NCBI GenBank assembly: GCA_054661495.1
Contig: BAAFSQ010000190.1
Span: forward strand, 1-19,107
DNA length: 19,107 bases
DNA from: Zygophlyctis sp. KS116
Taxonomy: Eukaryota; Fungi; Chytridiomycota
Direction of reading: 5' to 3'
Under the pieces are notes generated by a model. The model was not told the DNA's origin and did no database searches. It worked only from the letters and a program-made list of their open reading frames with translations. This document shows, piece by piece, positions 1 through 11,600 of the stretch (position 1 is the stretch's first letter; every line of letters begins with the position of its first letter). Made by a program: the position numbers and the translations under genes.

Positions 1-446
1 ATCTTGTTTTCAGAGTCAGTCTGTGCAGGTTGCTGAACAGGCTGAACGGGTGTAGCCCGAGGAGCATGATTCACAGCAGGACTTCCTTGAACATTTCCAT
101 GAGACTGATCTCCATCAACGAAATCCCACTGAATGTCTATAAGTCCCACATCAGGATCCTCCAAAGCTTTAAAAGCAGCAGCGGAAAGATCAAGTGATGT
201 CCGCTCACAAGTAGGACAAGTATCCACTAGTTTTGCTGATATTGATTTGCCCTTATATTCAACTTTAACCATTCTGTTACAATTGGGGGATTTGAATCCT
301 ACCATCATATCATCGGACAATGCAGCAATGAATTCAGTGTCAGAAAAGCCGAAACCGCAGCTGCCGGGATCCTGATTGGGATTATTGTAAAATGTAGCTT
401 TCCCACTAAATCCGAGAGCATAAGGCAAGAGAATCAAAAAAAACAT
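1..446 (-). CDS. Secreted RlpA-like double-psi beta-barrel (expansin/loosenin-like) protein, 3'-truncated by window edge
   Basis: Not in the ORF track. Manual translation from ATG 446: MFFLILLPYALG (signal peptide) FSGKATFY..PGSCG..EFIAALS..PNCNRMVKVEYKGKSISAKLVDTCPTCERTSLDLSAAAFKAL..DVGLIDIQWDF, then a P/Q-rich linker. The G-A-T-F-Y, G-S-C-G, V-D-x-C-P-x-C and L-D-L-S-xx-A-F motifs are diagnostic of DPBB/loosenin proteins. Confidence 0.9.
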   Translation of the reverse strand, partial: MFFLILLPYALGFSGKATFYNNPNQDPGSCGFGFSDTEFIAALSDDMMVGFKSPNCNRMVKVEYKGKSISAKLVDTCPTCERTSLDLSAAAFKALEDPDVGLIDIQWDFVDGDQSHGNVQGSPAVNHAPRATPVQPVQQPAQTDSENK

Positions 447-474
447 TCTTGAAAGTTATTAAACGGCTGTTTTG

Positions 475-521
475 GACGCCACCGCTATTTATAGCTGCAA
501 TCTATAAATAGTTTGGGCGTC
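475..521. promoter_or_regulatory. Dyad-symmetric bidirectional promoter element GACGCC-N4-CTATTTATAG-N7-CTATAAATAG-N4-GGCGTC (two outward-facing TATA / MEF2-Rlm1-type boxes)
   Basis: 485-494 CTATTTATAG is the exact reverse complement of 502-511 CTATAAATAG. 475-480 GACGCC mirrors 516-521 GGCGTC with the same 4-nt spacing. The element is centred between divergent ATGs at 446 and 557. Confidence 0.65.
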
Positions 522-1409
522 GTAAAAGTTTTGGGAAATCTACTTTTTACTGTCAAATGAATGCTAACAAATGGATAAAAGAAATTATACATTCACCGCC
601 AATTATACAACATGATATAGTTTCACCGACTCTTTGTCAGTTATTATCAGTGACGATTGGAGCGTCTTGTAAGTTGGGTACGGGGGATAATTTACCATTG
701 GGATACCATTTACTTTTGTTTCCAACGGCTTGTAAGGAATCCGAATTGTCAGAAGATGGATACGCTAGAGAGCATGCTCCTCCTGCTCCGTACAGTCGTA
801 GATTATGGGGAGGAGGGGAATTTGCTTGGAGAAGGCCATTGATCATTGGAGACACTTTAAAACAGAGTACAAAAGTAGTACATGCAGAGATCAAGGGATC
901 TAATTTATATGTGTATCTGGAAAAAGTGATTTTCAAGGAAAACTATGAGAATTGGAGTCTCAAGGAAAATAGGACAATGATCTATCTTGAGCAAGATTTA
1001 AATCGTAAATCTAGAGATGGACCAGTTGTTAGTAATTTAAATATTTTTATTATAGAGGAACAGGTAGAGTCTGCAAGAGATATAATTCCAACTCCTTCTC
1101 TTCTTTTTAGATATTCTGCCTTAACTTTTAATGCTCATAAAATTCATCTAGACAAGGAATATACAAGAGAAGTTGAAGGATTTCCAGAGCTTTTGGTTCA
1201 CGGACCTTTAACTTGTACTCTATTATTGGATTTGATTCAAAAGAATACGGGTAAATGGGAATATCCTGCTTCATTTTCATATAGAGCCATATCCCCCCTT
1301 TTTGCTAATCGTAAAATGAAAATGTCTATTAAATGGTTACTAGAACAAAACTTTTGCAAGGTATACGCAATCAATGCGGATAGCAACACAATTGGTATGT
1401 CTGCCACAT

Positions 1410-2510
<1,101 letters not shown>

Positions 2511-2511
<1 letters not shown>

Positions 2512-3590
2512 TAAAACCCTACGACTGAATTATTGATTGGAGATATAACACATGGCCCAGAAGATCCACCAACAATACTACCATCCTTTGACAATACTGA
2601 TAGAACGCCATCTGTGTCTTGACTAGAGATTTCTAAAATTCCTTCTTCATCCAGTAATTGATTTACAGAAAAAGATAATTCCGAAACTTTTGGTTTTAAT
2701 AATTTTGCATTTGTATCCTTGACCATAAATCTAAATTCCATCCCAGTTTTCAATTCAATTTCTGACTCTAATACTATATTTTGACTATTTGGATCACCTC
2801 CAATAACTTGAAAAATAGAGTCTAATTCAAATCCCAAGACTTGCAAGTATAGAGAACCTTTTAAATCATCAAATGAGACTTTTGGACCTTTCCATTTCTT
2901 TATAACATTACCTCTACATTCAGATATTGATAAAATAGGAGAAAATGGAACTAGATCCATAAATCCCATTGAAATCTTTCTTTTCAAAGGTAATACAAAA
3001 CCAACCACTCCTCCTGTCTGAATTTTAGAATTTGCAAATAAACACGAAAGATTTCCAGATTTAAAAAGCATTGGAGATGTTTGAATTCCAATTTTACTAG
3101 AATTTGGATAGACTGAATCTAATAATTGACAAAATTCATGTAAACTTGATTTTTCACTAAAAAACAGAAATGACTGATCTTGATTTTTAATATTTGGAAG
3201 CCACGATTTAGTTAGATCTTGTAAAAAAGGTTTAATTATTTCTTGTGCTCCATCAAAACCCCCTGATCTCATTCTAGTATTCTGTAAACTTGACGCCCAG
3301 CGCCCAACAGATTTATCTCTAGATAAAAAAATCCCATCTGGAATTACAAAAGGAGAGCCATGTTCCAATACAGAGAGTGAAATACAAGGCCCAGAATATC
3401 CTTGTATCCCATCTACAACTCCTCCGATTACAGAATACTTGTCGAGATCCTTTAACGATTCCAACATTTCCTGATTAGAAAAATGAGGAGTCATTAATGC
3501 AATCATATTTTTACCAGGTTTTAAATCTTGTAATAAGCGAGAGAATCCTCCTCTTGCATTTTGAGTTTTTAGAGTTTTTGACCAAATCAT
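2511..3590 (-). CDS. FIST-domain-like protein (fungal type)
   Basis: 359-aa ORF with MIWSK start, IGGVVDGI, KSVGRW, LDSVYPNSSKIG, LFANSKIQTGGVVG, and ISECRGNVI / FQVIGGDP motifs, which resemble the FIST_N/FIST_C architecture. The stop TAA (2513-2511) shares its last base with the HEM2 ATG (2511-2509). Confidence 0.65.
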
Positions 3591-3621
3591 TCGCCCTTCT
3601 TCCTGTGCCGCAAGTTTTTCA

Positions 3622-3789
3622 ATGGACTTATCTAGGATTATTACAACAAGTCTGAAATCTTACCATTCTCAAAAATCAAATCTAAAAAATCCCAAAAAAC
3701 AGGAAGAATCTTGGAGAGAGTCTTCAAATACTCCAGATTTAAGTCCAACTGAAAGCTCAAGCTCTAATAATTCTAAATCTATTAAATAA
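3622..3789 (+). CDS. Possible small ORF (55 aa, Ser/Lys-rich), unknown function
   Basis: ATG 3622 to TAA 3789: [55 protein letters not shown]. The stop is fused with AATAAA (3785-3790). No homology recognised. Confidence 0.3.
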   Translation: MDLSRIITTSLKSYHSQKSNLKNPKKQEESWRESSNTPDLSPTESSSSNNSKSIK

Positions 3790-3863
3790 ATTTTCCCTTT
3801 TTTCCTTTTACTTTTAACTATAGGCTGTTGGCTGTTGCATTGACAATCCCTAAAAGTCTGGTA

Positions 3864-4507
3864 ATGGTTTTTTATTATTCTTGCTCTTATTATCCTAATG
3901 CAATCATTTACATGGGAAAGGACAAGTTTGAAAATGAGGATCTGATTAAATTTGGATGGTCAAATGATGTTTGGTTTCATGTAGAAAATCAAAGTTCTGC
4001 TCATGTTTACTTGAGATTGCCAAATGATATGGAATGGGACAACATTCCTCAGGATTTATTAATAGATTTAGCTCAATTAACAAAGGCTAATTCAATTCAA
4101 GGCTCTAAATTGAATAATATTTCTGTGATTTACACACCTTGGTCAAACTTGAAAAAGACTTGTGGGATGGAAACAGGACAAGTTTCATTCTTCAAGGATA
4201 AAATGGCAAGTTCTTTATACTCATATTTCAGGTTAAAAAAGTACATGTAAAGGAGAAAGATCGTGCTATTCTTAATAGATTAGAAAAAACTAGAGAGGAA
4301 AAGTATCCAGATTTGGCAAATGAGAAATTGGAAAGGGATAGATGCATAAGAAAAACTGCTAAAGAATATGATCGATTGAAAAAACAAGAGTCTTTGGAAA
4401 AGGAAAAAAATAGAGTAGAAATGGAGGCTCAAAAGAGATATGAATCAATGTTTGATGACATGGTTTCTAATAAGGATAGATCTAATATAGAAGATGATTT
4501 TATGTGA
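3864..4507 (+). CDS. CCDC25: CCDC25/Jlp2 family protein (NFACT-R RNA-binding domain + coiled coil)
   Basis: Likely start is ATG 3864 ([26 protein letters not shown]...[31 protein letters not shown]). A 26-nt GC-AG intron at 4206-4231 joins to [23 protein letters not shown]. 205 aa. Confidence 0.93.
4206..4231 (+). other. 26-nt GC-AG spliceosomal intron
   Basis: ATG|GCAAGT...TTTCAG|GTT. Removal restores the frame and the CCDC25 C-terminal similarity. Confidence 0.88.
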
Positions 4508-4562
4508 ACAGATTATAATATTTCCCGTTAATGTCGACGTCATTCGATTTGTTTATCTTGAA

Positions 4563-5347
4563 ATGAGTCGTCCGAAATCAGACAAGCGTAAAAATAGTTC
4601 AAATGGATCAAATAAAGAAACGTTGGAAACTAGTAGGATCGCTAATGAAAAAATATGGTATAGTGTCATTGTTTAATATCAGGGCTGATCATTGGGCAAA
4701 GGAATTAAAAGGACAACGGGAATGGTCTCATAAATGGGCATCATTAAATGATCCAAAGTTGTATTCTGGAGAACATGCTCCAGATACGTTTTCTGCAAAA
4801 GTTCAGGTAATTATTTAATCTTTTTATATTTTAGCCAACTAGATGGAGTGTATTTAGTGTTATAAATCCTCCAGGATCAAAGCCAACTCTGAATGCTCCT
4901 GAAATACCATTAGGTTGTGTTGCTCCAACATTCAAGATCACTGGAGAACGGCATAATTTCAAAAAGACTCCAGAAAGAAATCTTGCATGGGGAGCTTTAC
5001 CTCCAAAAACTGATTATACGACTAGTTCATCAGCATATGGCTCTTTGTCCAAATCAAGAACAGTTTCTTTGAAAAGTAATCTCAACAAGGAGCATTTAAA
5101 CTCTGAAGCGGTATTTCATAAAGCTCCATTTGCTGTAGCTACTCCAGTTTCTCCGATTGAAATTAAGAAACTCGAAACAAAGTATAGAGCTTCGGTAAAC
5201 TCTTATAATTCTTCATTGGTGGGAGCAAGAGCTGGTGGAAAAGTAGATTTTGCCAAAGATCCACAAAAGACTTATAAATATCCTGCCACTAATTCAATGG
5301 AATACGGCTGGAACTGGGATGGCAGGAAGAAACTTGAAATATATTAG
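4563..5347 (+). CDS. Uncharacterised protein resembling ciliary microtubule inner proteins (CIMIP/SPMIP-like motifs)
   Basis: Exons 4563-4657, 4683-4806 and 4835-5347, with introns 4658-4682 (25 nt) and 4807-4834 (28 nt); 243 aa. N-terminal EKIW...W.KE...Q.EW...W..L, internal YTTSSSAYG and C-terminal PQKTYKYPATNSMEYGW resemble short MIP motifs. The gene structure is more secure than the family call. Confidence 0.6.
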
Positions 5348-5359
5348 AGTATAGTGAAT

Positions 5360-6912
5360 CTATTTAAAGTTTTGTATTGCACCACTCATGATGGCTTCTA
5401 TATCTTCCACTTCCTTTGGTGCTTCAGCAGTTAGTATTATGGGTCCTCCTGATGCACTGTCTCCTACAATTACATCATCTTCGATCCTAACGCCAATTCC
5501 ACGAAATGCCTCTGGGTACTTTGGAGAGTCTGGAATATATAATCCAGGCTCAACAGTTAAAGCCATCCCCTTTCTTAAGTTGGTATTTTTGCTAATTGAA
5601 TGCGTGTCATGTAAATCTAGACCAATCCAGTGACTGATATGATGTGGATATAATTCATCTAATTCAGCACTTGAGACTTTTCTACCAAATAATTTTTCAC
5701 ATTCTACTGTTAAAAGTTTGCAAGTTTCAGTTTGGAGTCCATTCATTGATATGTTTGATTCATCTCTACAAAGCTAAAGTTATTAAACGAGTCTAAAAAT
5801 ACAGATATAATACGTTTTTGAGTCCTTAAAACAGCTTCGTATACCAATTTTTGAGGTTGGCTAAATTTACCATTTACTGGCCAAGTTCTAGTAATATCGC
5901 TTGCGTAGAATCCATATTCCTAGCCATAAGAGAAATATACTTACGCCTCCACAATCTACCAAAACCAAATCATTATCCTTTAAAATCTGATCATTTCTGA
6001 TATAATGTAAAGTCAATGAATTCCTTCCTCCGGCAATCACTGGCACATACGCAAAATGTGAACTCCCTCGAATCATCAGTTCGTAATTCAAAATAGCTTG
6101 TAAATGATGCTCAGACATTCCTGGCTTTGTAAGCGACATGGCCTTTGCAAATGCGCGGCCTGATATCTGTCCACTCTTCCTCATGACCTTGATTTCATCT
6201 TCACTTTTAAAAAGACGTAGCCGATTCAAAATTGGTCCAATTGATTTTAAATTTTTAGGAGTTGAAAGAACACTTGAAGCATGATAAGGCCTAAGAATCT
6301 TTGGTAGATTAATTCTGGAATTCGACTGCTCAGCTGCATGAGCCGCTGAAATGTTAATTCCTGTCGATTCAAGCATTGATGTTGGCTCGTTTTCAGAAGT
6401 TGATAGAGAGAGATCGGTAAAAACAGGAACCGATGATCCTAATGACTGAATATATCCAGGCAAAGATTCGATCCGCTTCGCATCGTCCATTCCAAAATGA
6501 GAAACTGCTTGCTCTAGTCCAGTTCTTACCCCATCCCATGTTTCAAAATATTTATTTTTAGGAGTTACATACATTGTCCATTGTCTAGATGAGCTTGTTT
6601 TGTTTAATACAAGTGCAGCATCAGGCTCATTGAATCCAGTCAAGTATAATAGATTAGTATTTTGATGAAATGGATAAAATATGTTATTTGTCTATAATCA
6701 ATGCAATCAGGACATACCATGTATCGAAGTCCATAACCAGGAATAATACAAATGCATTCATTAGGCAGGAGATCAACAAGTCTAGATCGACGATCTTTAA
6801 GTTCAGTCAATGTGATTCCGGGAGTAATCTCTCCAGATATAATAAGGTGTGGATGAGTTGAATGAGTAGGCTGTCCAAGGCTCTTTACTGAAAAGGATCT
6901 AAGCAAACGCAT
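5360..6912 (-). CDS. ICP55: Mitochondrial intermediate cleaving peptidase / Xaa-Pro aminopeptidase 3 (M24B)
   Basis: Exons 6912-6718, 6691-5945, 5919-5803 and 5773-5360, with introns 6692-6717 (26 nt), 5920-5944 (25) and 5774-5802 (29); 490 aa. Motifs GQPTHSTHPHL..GEITPGI, YPFHQNTN..YLTGFNEPDA, LVLVDCGGEY..YASDITRTWP, HHISHWIGLDLHD, TVEPGLY and GIGVRIEDDV. Confidence 0.94.
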
Positions 6913-6971
6913 TGAAGACTCAAAGTACTGGGAAAATTACGCCACTTACAAAAAAGAGTGAAATGCAATTA

Positions 6972-8557
6972 TTATTGCTTCTTAAATGCTGGCAATGACA
7001 AAATTTCACATACTGTTGGCCTTTTAGTCCAATCACGATCTAGCATTTTTTTGATAGAGTTGATAGCTGCATCAGAAATGTTTATGAGCATCCCATCGAC
7101 TCCAAAATGTCTAATTCGCTCCATTCTTCTTAAAATATCGACTTGTAATACTTCTTCATCATTTTTGAATGGGTCCATCTTAAATAGTAATACATAATAA
7201 AGAGTTCCTAAAGCCCAAACTTCCTGATATTCTAAAAGGTATGCCCCTTGAATTGCTTCTGGAGATTGAAATTTTCGAGTTCCGTAAAAGGTATTATGTG
7301 TAACTCCACTCTCTAAATTAGTAAGAGATCCAAAGTCAATTAATTTGATTTGTCTAGTTTTGACATTAATCATTACATTTTCATCTTTGATATCATTATG
7401 ACAATAACCAGATCTGTGTAGGTAACAGACAACGCTTACAACTCTTGAGAAAATTTCATTGGCATCTCGTTCACAAACAGGACCAAAAGTCTCAATATAA
7501 TCATATAGATCAACCCAATCTTCACCTAAATACTCCATAATAATCACAAATTGAGAGCCCAAATCAAAGTAATCATAGTATTTGATAATGCCTGGACAAC
7601 TTAAATTATAAAACTTTTGAAGCATATGTATTTCCAAAGGAGTATCAGTTCCAGTTTGAGCATCAGTATGCCAATGCCACACAGAAACACATTGGATATA
7701 CTTGACCACCACTTTTTTACCATCTGACTTTCGTTCTGCTAGATGGACTACAGAATGGCCGCCGCTACCAAGTTGATTCAAAATCTAAAAATTTGAAATA
7801 ATCTGTTTACCTGATAATCTCTTTCAAGCCTTTCTGTCTCTGACTGAATAGATTTAGAAGGTGCAGTTTTTTTCTGATTTTTCGCCTCTGATAATAATTC
7901 TTTTTCTTTTTTGAGTTTGCTCTGTTTTTCCTCGTTCGATGGAGCAACAAAAGATTTACCGCGGGGGAGAAATCGCTGCAATTTTGTGGATAGATTTGAG
8001 CGTTTGGGATCGGTAGACTTTGATTTGGAACCTTTACTTTTTGAGTTTTTGAAAAATAAGCTCCATTTAGATTTCTTTGGTTTTTCTCCATTTTGGATGG
8101 CATTCCCATTTGTATTAATCGAGGTAATCGAAATCTTTTCTGTACCAGTTTTTATGTCTTTCAGACTATCCAAATGGTCCCAGCGTTCTAGATTAGATTT
8201 GGATTCGGACAATGCGTCAGAAGCAAACTCTCCACTTCCATCTGAATCATCACTTATGCCAATTAATTTATACTCCATATTGTCTACATTAGGCTGGCAT
8301 TTTTCTGATTTGTGAGATTCTGCCAAGTTGCTCGATTGTTCAGGCGAATCATCATTGAATATGGCACTTCGAAAGTACAATGTCTTTTCCTTATCCAAAA
8401 GATTCTTCTGGTTTACATTTTTGATCTGAGAGATATCAGCAGCTGACTGACCTATATGCTTATGAAAGATCTGCTCTTCTTCATCTATGCTCTCCAGTTG
8501 ACCAAGAGTTCGGACAGAATCAGGAAATTTACTCTCCAAACTGCTATGAAAACTCAT
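6972..8557 (-). CDS. Ser/Thr protein kinase, PAS-kinase/PIM-like catalytic domain with disordered N-terminus
   Basis: Exons 8557-7811 and 7784-6972, with a 26-nt intron at 7785-7810; 519 aa. Motifs LGSGGHS, VVVKYI, PLEIHML, DLYDYIE, HNDIKDENV, LIDFGS, FYGT..FQSPE and EVWALG. The IKDEN and DLxDYIE motifs are PASK/PIM-type. Start placed at the first in-frame ATG. Confidence 0.85.
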
Positions 8558-8619
8558 TTTATTGGTAGATATCGGCAAAATAAGAGCCGATGTGATTAAA
8601 AATGCACAATGCCTTTACG

Positions 8620-11600
8620 TCAGTCACCGGAGATTTGATGAGTTGCTGCAGATTGATCTTGGGTGGCATATTTGGAATGCCTCCCTATCGATAACAGCTC
8701 CTCATACTCCCCTGTCTCATGGCACATTTGGCTAAATGTACCATTTTTTGTCATTGCAAGTTCTAGTGGGGAACCGAATTCTTCCACAACACCTTTTTTC
8801 AACACAAGGATTTTATCATAGTCCATCACAGTCCTATAATCAGATACTAATATATTTTTACCTTATTCTATGGGCAATGCATAAGATGGTACAGCCGTTA
8901 AATTCTTCTCTAATAGTTTTTTGGATTCGTGAATCAGTTTCATGATCAACAGAGGCCGTGGCTTCATCTAGTATGATTACTTTAGATTTTTTTAGAATAG
9001 CTCTGGCTAAACATAACAGCTGTCTTTGTCCTTGAGAAAAATTATGACCACTTTCGTCCACTACTGAATCGAGGGAAATATTAAACTGTACCGATGACGA
9101 AACAGATTTATCTCCATTCGGAAGATGTTCATTTGAACCGTGCGGAGTCTTGATTTTAGTCTCAAGTAAATGTGATCGCCTCAATGCAATCATCATATCT
9201 CCATCCATATATTGCCCAAAAGGATCTAAATTCGAACGAACGGTTCCTTTAAAGAGGGTGGGATGCTGAGGAATAATTGTTAAATTAGATCTCAAATCAT
9301 AGAGTCCCATTTCCAGAATGTTTATGCCATCAATTATGATAGATCCTGAGCAAGGCTCTACAAACCTAAAAAAGGCTAACGAAAGTGATGATTTTCCCGC
9401 ACCAGTTCTTCCAACAATTCCAACTTTCTGCCCTGGATCGACATTAAAGGATATTCTATTTAGAACTATAGGTGATTGTTCACTGTATCTGATGCTTAGA
9501 TCTTTCACTTGTATTTTCCCTTCGTGTGGCCACTATAAATTATTTTAAACTTCTATACATCTTTTGTCGGGCGACATGATTCAACAACGCTGTCAAACTC
9601 CTGCTCTATAGTCATATATTCATCCACTCTCTCGACAGCATTCATCTCCATTTCCATAACTGCATGCATTCTGACCAGCCAGAGCAATGCATCCGTAAGT
9701 GCTAGTGCGTAACTCAATGTGATTCCTGCATTTCCTGCATCAATACTTTTATTTCTAGTAAGTATTATAATAGATGATGCAGAAAAAAATGTGACTGCTG
9801 CTCCAATGATGTCAATCCGTAATGCAAGCCATCGATTAGAAATCCACAGGAAAAAGAATGCACGATGATTAATATCTACTTTTGTATGGTTTTCATCCAT
9901 AAATCGGTCTGAAGCTCCAAATGAGCGAATTGTAGATGCCCCATGCAGAGCCTCCCCGAAATGTGAGAAAATAGGGGATCGAGTGGTTGCCTCTAATCTT
10001 TTCAGCTCTCTAGAAGTGCAAAGATACTTTTTGGCGATTGTATAATAAGTTACTGCAATTGGTATTAGTCCAGCAAGAGTCCAAGGTGTAACAATGGATA
10101 TTAATAACACAGTAGCACAAGCACTAAACAAATTGGCGACAAAATCTGCAGAAAACGATGCTACATCTTGGTCAATATCTTTCATATCTTTTGAAAATCG
10201 GTTCATTATACGGCCACTAGGAGTGGTCTCAAAGAAGCGTACAGGTGCACCCAAAATTCGGCGTAGTAAGGTGCTGTGTAAATAAGTTGATGCTCTAATG
10301 GAACCAGTTGCAACTAGTATGATTCTCCCAAATATCACCAAAATAGTTGCTAAACTTATTATCCCATATATGCAAAGGTAGAAAAGAGCACTGTATTCTC
10401 CATTGGAAAATAAAAATTCTTGATTGGTAATAGTGCTGCGAGCTGATGATGCCCATGTTTTTAACCATAAATCATTTCCGACAATAAGCGATTGTGTTAA
10501 TGTAAACATAAAAACTAGTCCGAAGATAAACAAAATCCCCCCAGCAGCATAGCAATAGGTTAAATAGACATGAGATGCAACTGCGCCAGAACTTCTAGTC
10601 TCCTCAGTGGTTAACGCTCCCTTTGCAATCAGGCAAGAATCCGCAGAAGATGAATCGGTTAATTCAAGTCCTCCTTTCATAGAATCAACAGAATTATTTT
10701 CAATACATTTGTCTTTAGCAAGAACACGATCAATAAAATCGGTTCCTCCTAAATTTAGAATTCGTCCTTTATTCATTATAATTGCAAAGTCTGCATTTTT
10801 TGAACAAATAGAAACAGAATGGGTGACAAGGATACGAGTCCTACCAGACATCAGAGGCCCACAGATGCAGTTTTCAAATAAGTGCCGTGCAGTAGGAGCA
10901 TCAACAGCTGAAAGAGGATCATCTAGAATAATGCATTTTGAAGATGAATAAGCGGCTCTTGCCAAAGAAATTCTAGCCTTTTGGCCCCCACTAACATCAA
11001 TAAAATAAAACATACGATAAGTTTACACCCGACTCGCCAACTTCTGTAGAGTCTCCGGCAGGCAAATTCTGTAAATCGACCATTAAAGCACAGCAGTTAA
11101 TGACCTGAAGATATTTCGCTTCATTATAGGGCTCACCAAAAAGGATATTTTCCTTTATGGTAGCGTTCAAAAGCCACACATTTTGGGAAGCATAAGCTAT
11201 TTCAGAATAAATGCGTTTTAGTGATGATCCTCCCTTTAAGCACTTCATTTCTCCTAAAAGAGACAATATAAGACTAGTCTTGCCAGAACCGGTAGGACCA
11301 ATGATCAAACTTAAGCCTTTGTCTGGAAAGTTAACTTTCATATCTTCCAAATGAAATGAATTTGGTCCACTAGCTTCATGATATACAAAACTGGATTTTT
11401 TGGGGAATCCGATGGAAGATTCCTCATTAGATACTGACAGATTTGCAAAATCATCTAAATCTCTTTTTGATAAGAAATCAGAAATTCTCTTCAGCGCCAC
11501 TAATGCTTCCTCTATTCTAACCATAATATCTGGAAATATCTGGAGCGGATTTTTGAGAGTATTAAAAAGAGCTAAACCAGTAAAGGCTTTGGAAGGTGTC

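Noticed and set aside
133-375. 80-aa plus-strand ORF
   Set aside because: It is the antisense shadow of the DPBB gene on the minus strand.
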